From the NCBI GenBank assembly GCA_964510655.1, contig CAZEAY010000003.1, positions 18,924-82,923 on the forward strand: 64,000 nucleotides of DNA, given 5' to 3'. The DNA comes from an uncultured Candidatus Saccharibacteria bacterium. Lineage in GTDB: Bacteria > Patescibacteriota > Minisyncoccia > Phycocordibacterales > XYD1-FULL-46-19. The translations under genes and the position numbers were made by a program. Shown in pieces: positions 10,134 through 20,404 of the stretch; within the stretch, counting starts at the first letter, position 1; each line of letters begins with the position of its first letter. The notes under the pieces are model-generated. The model had not been told where the DNA came from. It was given only the letters and a program-made list of their open reading frames with translations, and ran no database searches.

Positions 10134-12056
10134 CTAATTAACAATCAAATCATCACGATCCCCTCGTTCACGGTCACTTAAACCGGTGGTCATCGAATTA
10201 TCTTCAACAACCAAACTGGAACCGCTAAAAGTATCAACGCCGCGGAAAACCACATTTCTTGTCAACTTAGCCATCGCACCAACTTGATTTATTGAGGGAG
10301 TAAATGATACCTGGAAATTAACCGTCCGAGGATCAGTAGCCACACCCGTTCCAGCCTTGAGATAACCTAAGTCCCACACAACCTTACGCTGTTGCTTATC
10401 ATAACTAATGTTCTCATCGGGAGGAGAAGTCACTCCAACCCACTCTACCCCTAATGGTAAAGTTGTCTCGACAATTCCATTATTGACATCGTTTGATGAA
10501 TTTAGAAGAGACCACTTTAGAGTGTAGGTGGTTTTATTATCTACTTTTGGAGGCAGAGGCCCAGTATTGGACAACGGACCATCGCGGTAAAAAGTTTGAG
10601 TATTTATCTTAACAACAGAATCTATCTTTATAACACGAGACAAATCAGTCTGAACTTTTTCATTAGAAAATCCCTCCGACACTCGGAAACCGGTAATAGT
10701 AATGTCAGTATAAATTCTTGGCCCTCTCAAATTTTTAGCTTCTCCTAAAAGTGGTAACGAAGAAAAACTAAAACCCAGACGACCTGTCGCTCCCGGTTCG
10801 ACAAAAGCTAACTCAGTTTTAGTATGCTTATCCCAGGTAATAGTATTATCAACTGATGAATAATACCCACCTTGAACTCGAACACTCCTTTTGTCGAGAG
10901 CCTCTCCCGTTAGGTGAACAATTACCTGGACATCTCTGAGTTTAATTGGTAAATTATTTACCCATTCAAGATTATACTGGCCATCTTTTTCATTTTTTAA
11001 AGTTAGCGACGCTGATCCTGTCGAAAGATTACCTTCGACAAAAGTAATGCCCAGAAAAGGTTTTTTAATCGTTAAGGTCTTAAAAAAATCGTTGTACAAA
11101 AGAGCAATATTTTTTTCTTGATCAGGATCCTTTATGCCTGCTCGAACCTGAAAAGATTTTAGTTCTTCTGTCTGACCCTCAATCACACCAGTAATATTAA
11201 TAACCCTCTCCACCCCAGGAAGTAAATCACCTAACAACCACTTGCGGGAATCGTAAGTAGGAGGAACATTAGAATTTTTAAACTGAAAACCGGGTGGATA
11301 AATCACTTCAACTAAAACATTATTCAGGGGTTTATCAGAATTAGAAGTAACTTTCAAATTAAGGTTTAATTCTTGATTAGAATTTATCTCTGAGGGAATA
11401 ACCACACTAAGATCAACCGGCGAAGCATTTATTTTAAGACGATAAATAGCCTCTTTTTCAAATAAAGTATTAGAATCTGTCAGATGATAACCTAAATTAA
11501 GCTTTACCTCTAATTCGTCGTTTTCTTTCCCAAAAACAATCGCTCGAGCAACCACATTAACGGTTTCACCAGATTTTATTACTCCAATTTTTTGATTAGT
11601 ATAAGTAAATTGCTTAGCCGTATTATCGGGATCACGCGAACCGTCGGGCCACACCACAGACAACTCGGCTTGATCAATTGCCACCGGATTTTTATTAGTT
11701 AAGGCAATTTGTAAATCAAGTTCATCCCCCGCCTTAAGAGAAACAGGGCCCTTAACCGCGATCTCAATGTTTTTATCCGATACTACATTTTTCCCTTGAG
11801 AAAAAACGTACCAAGCCGCCCCTAGGGCTAGTAAAAAAAACACAAAAGAAATACCAAGAATCTTAAGCCAAATATTACCAGCTCTTTTAGTCCCAGAGAC
11901 ATTAGGTTGAGTGGTCCAAGTTTTATTGACGGACTTATAATAAGGATTTAAATTACTCCGCCTAACCTGAAAATTGCCTCCATCACGTTCGTATAGTTTC
12001 TTTTTTAATTCTTCAATCCCCCGATTGTTAGGTGTCGGATTATTAGTTGATTCCAT
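10134..12056 (-). CDS. Membrane-anchored beta-rich surface protein (DUF11-like repeats)
   Basis: N-terminal TM, repeated N...L.NV......P.GF.F....P and W.LG.L.PG motifs. Confidence 0.65.
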   Translation of the reverse strand: MESTNNPTPNNRGIEELKKKLYERDGGNFQVRRSNLNPYYKSVNKTWTTQPNVSGTKRAGNIWLKILGISFVFFLLALGAAWYVFSQGKNVVSDKNIEIAVKGPVSLKAGDELDLQIALTNKNPVAIDQAELSVVWPDGSRDPDNTAKQFTYTNQKIGVIKSGETVNVVARAIVFGKENDELEVKLNLGYHLTDSNTLFEKEAIYRLKINASPVDLSVVIPSEINSNQELNLNLKVTSNSDKPLNNVLVEVIYPPGFQFKNSNVPPTYDSRKWLLGDLLPGVERVINITGVIEGQTEELKSFQVRAGIKDPDQEKNIALLYNDFFKTLTIKKPFLGITFVEGNLSTGSASLTLKNEKDGQYNLEWVNNLPIKLRDVQVIVHLTGEALDKRSVRVQGGYYSSVDNTITWDKHTKTELAFVEPGATGRLGFSFSSLPLLGEAKNLRGPRIYTDITITGFRVSEGFSNEKVQTDLSRVIKIDSVVKINTQTFYRDGPLSNTGPLPPKVDNKTTYTLKWSLLNSSNDVNNGIVETTLPLGVEWVGVTSPPDENISYDKQQRKVVWDLGYLKAGTGVATDPRTVNFQVSFTPSINQVGAMAKLTRNVVFRGVDTFSGSSLVVEDNSMTTGLSDRERGDRDDLIVN

Positions 12057-12109
12057 TAGCCATAATTATACCACAGCTAAAAAAAGAGGAAATAAATAAT
12101 TAAAACCTA

Positions 12110-12709
12110 CTAAATATGACTAATCTCTATCGCTTCATTGATCACTGTTATTAAGAAACTTTGGTTAATATTAGCTTCCGAGAGTAGTCCCAAATTCCAA
12201 TCAGAAAAAGAGAGAAATGGAGTTAGTTTGGGGTTCTCTTTGATATAGCCTAGAAAGGCAAGCAACCTTAAGACGGTCACCTGTTCCCAGCCAGATAAAT
12301 ATTTCTGGTCACCCGGTGGTAAGATTAGCCCAGACAAAAAGTTTAAGGACTTTTTTAAATCTTCAAATAATACCTTTTGAGCAATTTCACCCTGAATAAA
12401 TCGACGTAAAAGAGAAAAAATCTTTGCCGCAAATTTAAGTTTAGAAGAGTTTTGATACACACTTTCAAATTCTCCTGTCTTCTCAGCTCCAATTAGACGC
12501 CAAGTTTCTTTTCCGCGAACCAAGACTACTCGTACGTGACTGTAATTACTTAAGTTGAAACGCAATTTTGATTTAAGTAAACGCACCCCTTGAGCCGTGG
12601 CAGTAACCAATCCAAGATCGGGCGTTAATAGAGAATAAACCTTATTAGCTTCACCAAAAACCCGTTCGTCTAAAACGAACGCTTCAGTTTGATAAAGATG
12701 ATAAGCCAT
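12110..12709 (-). CDS. recO: DNA repair protein RecO (short)
   Basis: T.AFVL.....GEANK...LLT.DLGLV...AQGVR...SKLR N-terminal OB fold. Confidence 0.85.
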   Translation of the reverse strand: MAYHLYQTEAFVLDERVFGEANKVYSLLTPDLGLVTATAQGVRLLKSKLRFNLSNYSHVRVVLVRGKETWRLIGAEKTGEFESVYQNSSKLKFAAKIFSLLRRFIQGEIAQKVLFEDLKKSLNFLSGLILPPGDQKYLSGWEQVTVLRLLAFLGYIKENPKLTPFLSFSDWNLGLLSEANINQSFLITVINEAIEISHI

Positions 12710-12716
12710 AAAACAA

Positions 12717-15700
12717 TTACAAATTATGAATTGAGATCCCAAAGAAAAGATCCCCGATCTTGGTCTCGCCCACACCGGTTTCTAATTCAATTTCAGCCGT
12801 ACCAGTCCCCCGTTTGATTTCCTCAATAAATTTCTTAACCAAGGTTTGTCCTGTTTCGTCGGTTATTATCTTTAAATTAATGATATCTCCCGGATTTAAA
12901 CCTGTTTTTTTACGCAGTTCCTGAATATTACGCATCAATTCGCGCATATCGCCTTCTTCTTTTAATTCTTGAGTAATACTCGTATCTAACCTAACTCCCG
13001 GAAGATCAGGGTCGGCATTTTTTTCAAAAATAACATTTTTAACATTGACTTCGTCTTTAATCAGCTCTTTCAAATGATTCCAATAATTTGGTTCATTCCC
13101 GTCATGTTTTATAATCAAGGCTGACAGTGGTTGTCGAACTTTTATACCATCCACATCTCTCGCCATAAGTCCCATTGAGGCAAATGATCGGGCAAAGCTC
13201 ATTCCAACAATAATATCTTGATCAAATTTCTCGGTGATTGGCCAGCTTTCCAAGTGTACGCTTTCCTTAACTCCCTCAGTTTTACGATAGATATCCTCGG
13301 CAATAAACGGAGTAAATGGCGCCATCATCTTAGCCAAACTATTTAAAATAGTTTTCATTGTAAAAATCGCCCAATTTTTGTCATCAATATCACCTGATTT
13401 AAAACGATCACGTGATCGACGTAAGTACCAATTAGATAAGTCATCGATAAATTCATCAATCGGACGTACAGCACGATCAATTTCATATTTATCCATTGCC
13501 TCCGTTACTTTAGTTACAAGCTCGCCGAATCTGGCATTAATCCAAATATCTAAAACGTTTTCAGATTGACCTTGAACGTCGGCTAATGTTTTTGGGGCAT
13601 ACATCTCATAAAAAGAGTACACATTATTGAGACGCATAATAATTTTACGATAAATTTCTCCTACCCCTTTTTCGGAAAAATTCAAATCCTCTGCTCTCAT
13701 AACTGGAGAGGCCAATAAATAAAAACGTAAGGCATCGGCTCCAAATTTTTCCACCACACTCATTGGATCAGGGTAATTTTTGAGACTCTTAGACATCTTC
13801 TGGCCATCCTCAGCCAAAACCAGTCCATTGACGACTACATTCTTATAACTAGTTTTACCGAACAGAGCGGTGGACAAAACCAACATAGAATAAAACCAAC
13901 CCCGAGTTTGATCGAGACCCTCGGCAATAAAATCGGCTGGAAACCCATTCCCATCACTAGGATCAAAATCTTTCAAATCACTAAAGGGATAATGAGCCTG
14001 ACCATAAGGCATGGAGCCAGATTCAAACCAACAATCAAAAACATCGGGTACTCTAGTCATTTCCCCACCACAACCACAAGCAAACTTTATTTGATCAATA
14101 TACGGACGATGTAGATCAAGATCATAGAGAGTATTGTGTGGTAAAAAAGAAAAATCTAATGACTGAATTTCTGCATTCTTGAAACGTGACCCCCAATGAG
14201 ACATTTTTTCAATCTCTCGACTATTATTACCCGCAGCAGCTGTCATCATAAAAAACAAAGGCAAGCTGTGGCTAACAATCAAAATGTTTTTACCAGTATA
14301 TTTTTCATTCAACTCATACAAGACTTCCCCCATTCGTTTCTTAACCTCTAAACAAGATTCTCCGTTGGTTTGAGATTTAAACAATTTTTCATGTTTAGAG
14401 TTAAAATGCTTATCATACTCTACCCAATTTCCCTCATCAGCATCACCAACATTATATTCTCCCAGGCGGGCATCAAAAATAATTTTATCTTGAGACAAAC
14501 CAATTGTTTGAGCGACGAGCTCAGCCGTTTCTTTGGTTCGAACAAAAGGCGAAGAAATGATTACTTCAATGTTAGATCCCTTTAGACTTTCGGCAGAAGA
14601 AATAACCTGTTCTTTGCCCTCAGTCGTAAGATGATAGTTTTTGCCTAACTTACAATCAATTGTATCGGTCAAATTATTCTCAGACTGACCGTGACGCATT
14701 AAGAAGTAACGATTATTTTTTGTCTGCAAATTATCCTTCAATTCTTGAATGCTCCCAACCACCTTAATTTGTTTACAATCTTCACAGCGCCAAACTGGAA
14801 TTGGAGCGCCCCAAAAACGAGTCCGAGAAATCGCCCAATCACGAGCTCCTTCTAGCCATTTACCAAAACGACCCTCTTTAATATGTTCTGGGACCCAAGA
14901 AATAGTTTTATTGTTCGCCACCAAATCATCACGAAATTTAGTCACCTCAACAAACCACGAAGAAGCGGCGTAATTTAACAATGGAGTACCACAACGCCAA
15001 CAGTGCGGGTAAGAATGAGAAATTTTTTCTTTCGCAAATAAAATTCCTTTAGCCGCCAGGTATTTAATAATTTTTACATCCATCGCTTGGTTTTCCACCG
15101 TAGATGGTCCATCATCTTCTAATCCCGGAGCACTTTTAGGTTTTACTAATTCCCCCACCCAATCGATAACTTCCGGTTTAAACCGGCCATCCATTCCGAC
15201 ATGCTGAATAAATGGTAGTTTTTCTTTTTGACCCAACTTCATATCATCTTCTCCAAAAGCGGGAGCAATGTGTACTACCCCCGTACCATCTTCAGTCGTC
15301 ACAAAATCAGCACCATAAATTTTCCAACCATTTTCCCGATTTTTTATTGTCTCATCAGTAAGGTAATAATCAAAAGCAGGTTGATATTTTTTACCCACTA
15401 AAGTACTACCCTTAAAAGTATCCTCAATAGTATAATCAGAGGCATTACTAAAATTTTTCTCCAAAAGATCTTTAGCGAGAATATAAGAAAGATGATCGTC
15501 GCTATTATTCATTCCAATTTTGACGTAATCAATCTCAGGGTTAACAGCCAAAGCCACATTACCCGGCAAAGTCCAAGGAGTAGTTGTCCAAGCTAAAATC
15601 GAAGTTCCCGGCTCATCAACTAGACCAAACTTAACCACCACCGAGAGATCGGTGATATCTTTATACCCCTGATTCACTTCAAAATTAGATAGAGTAGTCT

Positions 15701-16256
15701 CACAGCGCGGACAAATCTGCATTGATTTATAGCCTTCATAAATCAGACCTTTGTTGTGGAGGTTTTTAAAGATATTCATTACCGACTCGGAATAAGAAGC
15801 ATCCATCGTCCGATAATCGTTTTCCATATCAATGAAACGACCCAATCGTGGCACAATTTGTTTCCAGTCCTCTACATACTCTTGGACCATCTCACGAGCC
15901 TTTTCGTTAAACTTTTCAATACCGTAATCTTCAATATCTTTTTTGGATTTCAAACCGAGTTCTTTTTCCACTAGGTTTTCGGCTGGCAAACCATGACAAT
16001 CCCAGCCCCAACGTCGGCGGACAAAATTACCCTTCATCGTCCAATAGCGAGGAATCACATCTTTCATTGTTCCCCCAACAATATGTCCATAGTGAGGAGT
16101 GCCAGTCGCAAAAGGTGGTCCATCATAAAAGACGTATTCTTTTGCCCCTTTAGTCGTCTCCAGAGTTTTTTCAAAAATTTTATTATCTTGCCAAAACTTT
16201 AAAATTTCTTCCTCTTTCCGAGAGACATCACTTTTATTATTTTTCTCCTCTGTCAT
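12717..16256 (-). CDS. ileS: Isoleucine--tRNA ligase (type 2) with inserted histidine-phosphatase domain
   Basis: DGPPFATGTPHYGH, GWDCHGLP, WTTTPWT, YPHCWRC, DWAISRTRFWG, EGLDQTRGWF, KMSKS; RHG domain at about 14150-14715. Confidence 0.96.
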   Translation of the reverse strand: MTEEKNNKSDVSRKEEEILKFWQDNKIFEKTLETTKGAKEYVFYDGPPFATGTPHYGHIVGGTMKDVIPRYWTMKGNFVRRRWGWDCHGLPAENLVEKELGLKSKKDIEDYGIEKFNEKAREMVQEYVEDWKQIVPRLGRFIDMENDYRTMDASYSESVMNIFKNLHNKGLIYEGYKSMQICPRCETTLSNFEVNQGYKDITDLSVVVKFGLVDEPGTSILAWTTTPWTLPGNVALAVNPEIDYVKIGMNNSDDHLSYILAKDLLEKNFSNASDYTIEDTFKGSTLVGKKYQPAFDYYLTDETIKNRENGWKIYGADFVTTEDGTGVVHIAPAFGEDDMKLGQKEKLPFIQHVGMDGRFKPEVIDWVGELVKPKSAPGLEDDGPSTVENQAMDVKIIKYLAAKGILFAKEKISHSYPHCWRCGTPLLNYAASSWFVEVTKFRDDLVANNKTISWVPEHIKEGRFGKWLEGARDWAISRTRFWGAPIPVWRCEDCKQIKVVGSIQELKDNLQTKNNRYFLMRHGQSENNLTDTIDCKLGKNYHLTTEGKEQVISSAESLKGSNIEVIISSPFVRTKETAELVAQTIGLSQDKIIFDARLGEYNVGDADEGNWVEYDKHFNSKHEKLFKSQTNGESCLEVKKRMGEVLYELNEKYTGKNILIVSHSLPLFFMMTAAAGNNSREIEKMSHWGSRFKNAEIQSLDFSFLPHNTLYDLDLHRPYIDQIKFACGCGGEMTRVPDVFDCWFESGSMPYGQAHYPFSDLKDFDPSDGNGFPADFIAEGLDQTRGWFYSMLVLSTALFGKTSYKNVVVNGLVLAEDGQKMSKSLKNYPDPMSVVEKFGADALRFYLLASPVMRAEDLNFSEKGVGEIYRKIIMRLNNVYSFYEMYAPKTLADVQGQSENVLDIWINARFGELVTKVTEAMDKYEIDRAVRPIDEFIDDLSNWYLRRSRDRFKSGDIDDKNWAIFTMKTILNSLAKMMAPFTPFIAEDIYRKTEGVKESVHLESWPITEKFDQDIIVGMSFARSFASMGLMARDVDGIKVRQPLSALIIKHDGNEPNYWNHLKELIKDEVNVKNVIFEKNADPDLPGVRLDTSITQELKEEGDMRELMRNIQELRKKTGLNPGDIINLKIITDETGQTLVKKFIEEIKRGTGTAEIELETGVGETKIGDLFFGISIHNL

Positions 16257-16309
16257 TTAAGTACTTTATCGTAAATTAGGTCTTTCCGCAATAAAAATGA
16301 TTATTTTCA

Positions 16310-16338
16310 TTGACAGATAAAATAAAAGAGGCTAAAGT
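16310..16338 (+). promoter_or_regulatory. Sigma70-type promoter of orphan ORF 16394
   Basis: TTGACA-17-TAAAGT. Confidence 0.65.
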
Positions 16339-16393
16339 TATAAAGGATTAATTACATCCAAACTATTGTAGGTAGTAGCAGGAGGCTCTTTCC

Positions 16394-16579
16394 ATGTTGC
16401 GCAACGCTCAAGCAGGACAGAAGAAGGCGGCGATAAAACCACTCGAATTCAAACCACGCAGACCAGACCCCTTTGGTTGGGGTGATCCGAGACCAGCCAT
16501 CAAATTGGGGCTCCCCAATGAAGACGGCATCCCCGTAAATTCTGGCCGGCAAATGCAGGCCATTGAAATCGATTACTAA
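16394..16579 (+). CDS. Orphan hypothetical protein (61 aa, SD-led cassette)
   Basis: AGGAGG 8 nt before ATG, own promoter and terminator. Confidence 0.55.
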   Translation: MLRNAQAGQKKAAIKPLEFKPRRPDPFGWGDPRPAIKLGLPNEDGIPVNSGRQMQAIEIDY

Positions 16580-16597
16580 AACAACAACGCAACACAA

Positions 16598-16638
16598 AAG
16601 CCCCGTGATCCTGTAAGGATCCCGGGGCCTTACTTTTT
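16598..16638. terminator. Bidirectional terminator between orphan ORF and argS
   Basis: GCCCCG-T-GATCCT-GTA-AGGATC-C-CGGGGC hairpin. Confidence 0.7.
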
Positions 16639-16641
16639 TAG

Positions 16642-18330
16642 CTACATCTTTGACAGCGGTTTAAGACCCAACAATACTAGTCCATTTCTTAAAACTTGAC
16701 CAACAGCCCGAGTTAATCCAACTCGATAAGGAGAGCTAGCCTCCAGACTTACAACTTGATGTTCAATATAATAAAAACTGAAAGCACTCGCTAACTCATA
16801 TAAATAAGTAGCAATATGATGGGGAGCATATTCCAAACAGGCATATTCCACGACCTCGGGGAAACGATAAAGAAGTTTTTCGACTGTAGTCATTTCATCT
16901 TCTGGTCGAGACAAATTGGATTTTATCCCCTCTTTTTCCGCTTTAGCTAAAATAGATTGAGTGCGTGCAAAAGCATACTGTAGATATGGACCAGAGTTAC
17001 CAGATAAATTTAATGTCTCATCCCAATCAAAAACAATATTAGCCCGACTATCACGTTTTAAATCGTTATATTTAAGTGCCCCAATACCAATATCGGAAGC
17101 TGTTTCAAGATTAAACTTTCCAGCTCGCGTCACCGCTTCAGCAATAACATCTTCCAACCAAATGACATTACCTTTGCGGGTACTCATTTTCCCATCGAGA
17201 AAGCGATATAAACCATGTGAGACATGAACTCGTTGTCCATCTTTAAACCAACCGAGCATTTTCTCAGTCTCATAAAGTTGCCTCATGTAAGTTTCTTGTT
17301 CAGAACCAACCTCATTAACAATAATCAAATTGTCACCATATTTTTCTTTCCGCTCAAGATCGGCCCCCAGATCACGAGTAGCATAAATCGAAGTTCCGTC
17401 ACCCTTACGAACAATCATTGGTGGCAATTTTTTTTCATCAGCAAAAAAGACCACTTCTGCCCCCTCACTCTCCTTCATCAAACCCTTATCAGTTAATTCC
17501 TGATAAACTCGAGAAACTTTGGGAATATAGGTACTCTCCCCTAAAGTGGTGTCAAAAGTTATTCCCAGCTGTTGATAAATTTTATTGAATTCAAACAATG
17601 ATAAATTGACGCAGCTTTGCCAAAGTTCTTTAGCGGAAGAATCACCTTTCTCTAATTTTAAAAACTCTGCCCGTGCCTCTTCTTCAAGTTCTGGATTCTT
17701 TTCCGCCTCGTCATGGAATTTCACATACAAAGAAACAAGTTCTTTCACTGGGTTCTCGCTTTTTCCAATCTGATTGATGTCCCCCCACTTTTTAATGGCC
17801 ACCATTTGTTTACCAAACTGTGTCCCCCAATCCCCGAGATGGTTATCGCGAATAACCTCAAACCCTGAAAAAGATAAAATATTGGCCACCGCATCACCAA
17901 TAATCGTTGATCTTAAGTGTCCAATTGAAAAAGGTTTAGCAATATTAGGAGAAGAATATTCGACTAATACTTTTTGATCTTTTTTATCTCCGCGACCAAA
18001 GTTATCACCCTGATCAAGAATAAAACCAATTTGTTTAACAAAAAACTCTCTACTTAAATAAAAATTTAAAAAACCTGGTCCAGCCACTTCCACCCGATCA
18101 ATTTTTTCATTTTTCAATTTCAAAAGCTCCTCTTTCATCTTTAGAGCAAGGTCCTTAGCTGACAAACCATTAGCTGGTCCAAACTTTAGCGCAAAGTTAC
18201 TGGAATAATCCCCAAAATTTAAATCAGTAGGATGTTCTAAAGAAATATTTTCCACCAAAAAACTAAGGTTTAAAGCCTTAGCCGCCTGTCCAAGCAGACT
18301 CCGTAATTCGTTCCTAATATCATTAGCCAT
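16642..18330 (-). CDS. argS: Arginine--tRNA ligase
   Basis: GPGFLNF, EYSSPNIAKPF.IGHLRS, GDWGTQFG, KMSTRKG, GPYLQYA. Confidence 0.98.
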   Translation of the reverse strand: MANDIRNELRSLLGQAAKALNLSFLVENISLEHPTDLNFGDYSSNFALKFGPANGLSAKDLALKMKEELLKLKNEKIDRVEVAGPGFLNFYLSREFFVKQIGFILDQGDNFGRGDKKDQKVLVEYSSPNIAKPFSIGHLRSTIIGDAVANILSFSGFEVIRDNHLGDWGTQFGKQMVAIKKWGDINQIGKSENPVKELVSLYVKFHDEAEKNPELEEEARAEFLKLEKGDSSAKELWQSCVNLSLFEFNKIYQQLGITFDTTLGESTYIPKVSRVYQELTDKGLMKESEGAEVVFFADEKKLPPMIVRKGDGTSIYATRDLGADLERKEKYGDNLIIVNEVGSEQETYMRQLYETEKMLGWFKDGQRVHVSHGLYRFLDGKMSTRKGNVIWLEDVIAEAVTRAGKFNLETASDIGIGALKYNDLKRDSRANIVFDWDETLNLSGNSGPYLQYAFARTQSILAKAEKEGIKSNLSRPEDEMTTVEKLLYRFPEVVEYACLEYAPHHIATYLYELASAFSFYYIEHQVVSLEASSPYRVGLTRAVGQVLRNGLVLLGLKPLSKM

Positions 18331-18373
18331 TATGGTTATCTTACCACATTTAAGAGAAAATTCACCTGGAAAA

Positions 18374-19360
18374 TTACTTAGTTAAAAAATCTAAAATAGA
18401 GTCTACGGCAGTCTTATTAGTAACAAGCTCAACTCCATGACTATCCCCCGGAACAATCATCAATGCCGATAGCGGCTCCCCAACCATCTCCTGTATTTTT
18501 TTACTCGATTGATAACTATAATCATCATCTTTGGCGGTCAAAAGAAGAAGAAAGGGAGCGGAAGCAAAACGATAAATTTCTTCTCCATCCTGTTTTTGGT
18601 AATATTCAGACTTAATATTGTTGGCTGACAATTCAGTTCCAATGCCCTTAAAATTTAAACCTGGACTAAGAGCAACAACCTTGTCTGGTTTGCCTGAGGG
18701 ATCAATTTTTAGAGGATTAAAATTTGAGGAGCCAGTGGGATTATTTGGGTTATAACCTTTTAGACTGGCCGGATCAGCAGGTTCGGTATGCATGGCTAAA
18801 TCAATAATAGCCAAATTGGCTCCAGTACTAGCCCCAACAATAGACTGCTTGGTTTTACCTTTCTCGGTTAAAAACTTTCTCGCCGCGACCACATCAAAGG
18901 TCATAGCAGGAAAATAATCTTGGTCAGAAAACTCTTTATAATCATAGATTTTTGTTTGACCAGTCGTAATTTCTATCCCAGTTGTACTTTCACCATGACC
19001 ACGTAGATCAACAGCTAAAACCGCAAAACCTCGAGACTGGAGAATTTTAGGAAGTTCACCCCAGGCATCCTTATTCATCCCATTTTGGTGAATCAATAAT
19101 ACCGCCTCGGAACCAGAAGAACCATAATAATCACCAAAAATTTTGACTCCGTCTGTAGTAGAGAAAGAAACCTTTTGTTTTTCTACTAAAAAGTCATTAG
19201 TCTTTTTTCCAATATCCATATTTTTCTGATTAATCGCTTGATTAAAAGAAACTTTTTCGGAAACGTTTTTATTAAAACGAGAAATTGGGTTAAATTTAAA
19301 AAATGACAATAAAACCAAAACAATCACTCCTAAAAATAGCAGAAAAAATATTTTTTTCAT
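18374..19360 (-). CDS. Membrane-anchored alpha/beta hydrolase
   Basis: N-terminal TM, DLRGHGES, GASTG nucleophile elbow, C-terminal D and HG. Confidence 0.85.
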   Translation of the reverse strand: MKKIFFLLFLGVIVLVLLSFFKFNPISRFNKNVSEKVSFNQAINQKNMDIGKKTNDFLVEKQKVSFSTTDGVKIFGDYYGSSGSEAVLLIHQNGMNKDAWGELPKILQSRGFAVLAVDLRGHGESTTGIEITTGQTKIYDYKEFSDQDYFPAMTFDVVAARKFLTEKGKTKQSIVGASTGANLAIIDLAMHTEPADPASLKGYNPNNPTGSSNFNPLKIDPSGKPDKVVALSPGLNFKGIGTELSANNIKSEYYQKQDGEEIYRFASAPFLLLLTAKDDDYSYQSSKKIQEMVGEPLSALMIVPGDSHGVELVTNKTAVDSILDFLTK

Positions 19361-19390
19361 TGTAAACATCATACCACAATTCGGTGACAA

Positions 19391-19813
19391 CTAATGTCCA
19401 CTACTTCCAAAACCGCGCTCCCCCCGATGAGTTTCTTCCAATGATTCGCTCTCCTCAATGTCTACCGATAAAAATGGCTGGATTACTATTTGAGCAATTT
19501 TGTCTCCCTTTTTTATTTCTTGGTCTTCCCTGTCTAAGTTAACCAAACAAACCATTATTTCCCCCCGATAGCCAGAGTCCACTACTCCCCCCATAGACTT
19601 AAGCCCTCGTTTAAAAGCAATTCCACTCTTATCCCAAACCAAACCCACACAACCCTCGGGGATAGCCATTTTGATCCCTGTCGGAATAGACACTCGTTCG
19701 CCCGGTCTAAGGACAAAATCACCATAAGAATAGAGATCCAAACCAGCATCACCCTGATAGGCATTTACTGGAAGCTTAGCGTCGGGATGAATTTTTTGAA
19801 TTTTAATTTTCAT
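19391..19813 (-). CDS. dut: dUTP diphosphatase
   Basis: DAGLDL, KSG, GVVDSGYRGEI, GDKIAQ, RGERGFGSSG. Confidence 0.98.
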   Translation of the reverse strand: MKIKIQKIHPDAKLPVNAYQGDAGLDLYSYGDFVLRPGERVSIPTGIKMAIPEGCVGLVWDKSGIAFKRGLKSMGGVVDSGYRGEIMVCLVNLDREDQEIKKGDKIAQIVIQPFLSVDIEESESLEETHRGERGFGSSGH

Positions 19814-20066
19814 TTTCTACCGAATGCAATCCTTTCTGAATAAATTCTACTGCCGCGGCAATGTTTCCCTTGCCAATCAGCGAACGACAGGTACTATCTA
19901 AACTCAGTAAACGTAAATCGGCTGAGTTTTCATCATACCAGGAATCAAAATCCTGAGACAAAGAACTAGTTATTTTTTCTTTTTCGAAAGTTTGTTTTAA
20001 AACCTCCTGATAATTGCGGCTCCACTCTACCAAGGCGGGGTCAACTGATTCTGGTCCTGTTTCCAT
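19803..20066 (-). CDS. Hypothetical protein (paralog of 20122-20403)
   Basis: In-operon ORF overlapping the dut start; shares W.DE.S...R motif with its neighbour. Confidence 0.6.
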   Translation of the reverse strand: METGPESVDPALVEWSRNYQEVLKQTFEKEKITSSLSQDFDSWYDENSADLRLLSLDSTCRSLIGKGNIAAAVEFIQKGLHSVENEN

Positions 20067-20121
20067 ATTGTTTTAAGATATTAAATTAATACTAATATTT
20101 TTATTGCCATCCAAAAAATAT

Positions 20122-20403
20122 CTAGACGTCTTCGTGGATTTCTGAATTAGAATTTTTATTTAATTGTTTAAAAATAAGCTCTGCTGATTCTTGATATTGA
20201 CCGTTTAAGGCCAGTTCCCTAATTTCAGAATTGTCTTCTTCAAAAATTATTTTTCTAACCTGTTCGCTATATTCGTCTATCCACTTTAGTTTTTCATTTT
20301 GTGAAGCATCTTTTCCAATCATCTTATTCATAAGTTCCACTTCTAAAGCCAGGCGGTGTTTAAGGTCAATTGATTGATTTACTTCAGGTGATTCAATAGG
20401 CAT
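20122..20403 (-). CDS. Hypothetical protein (paralog of 19803-20066)
   Basis: Starts 1 nt after the glyA stop; helical, acidic. Confidence 0.65.
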   Translation of the reverse strand: MPIESPEVNQSIDLKHRLALEVELMNKMIGKDASQNEKLKWIDEYSEQVRKIIFEEDNSEIRELALNGQYQESAELIFKQLNKNSNSEIHEDV

Positions 20404-20404
20404 G

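Noticed and set aside
14150-14715. IleRS insertion as an intein
   Set aside because: No C/S-start and HN-end splicing motifs; it has histidine-phosphatase motifs instead.
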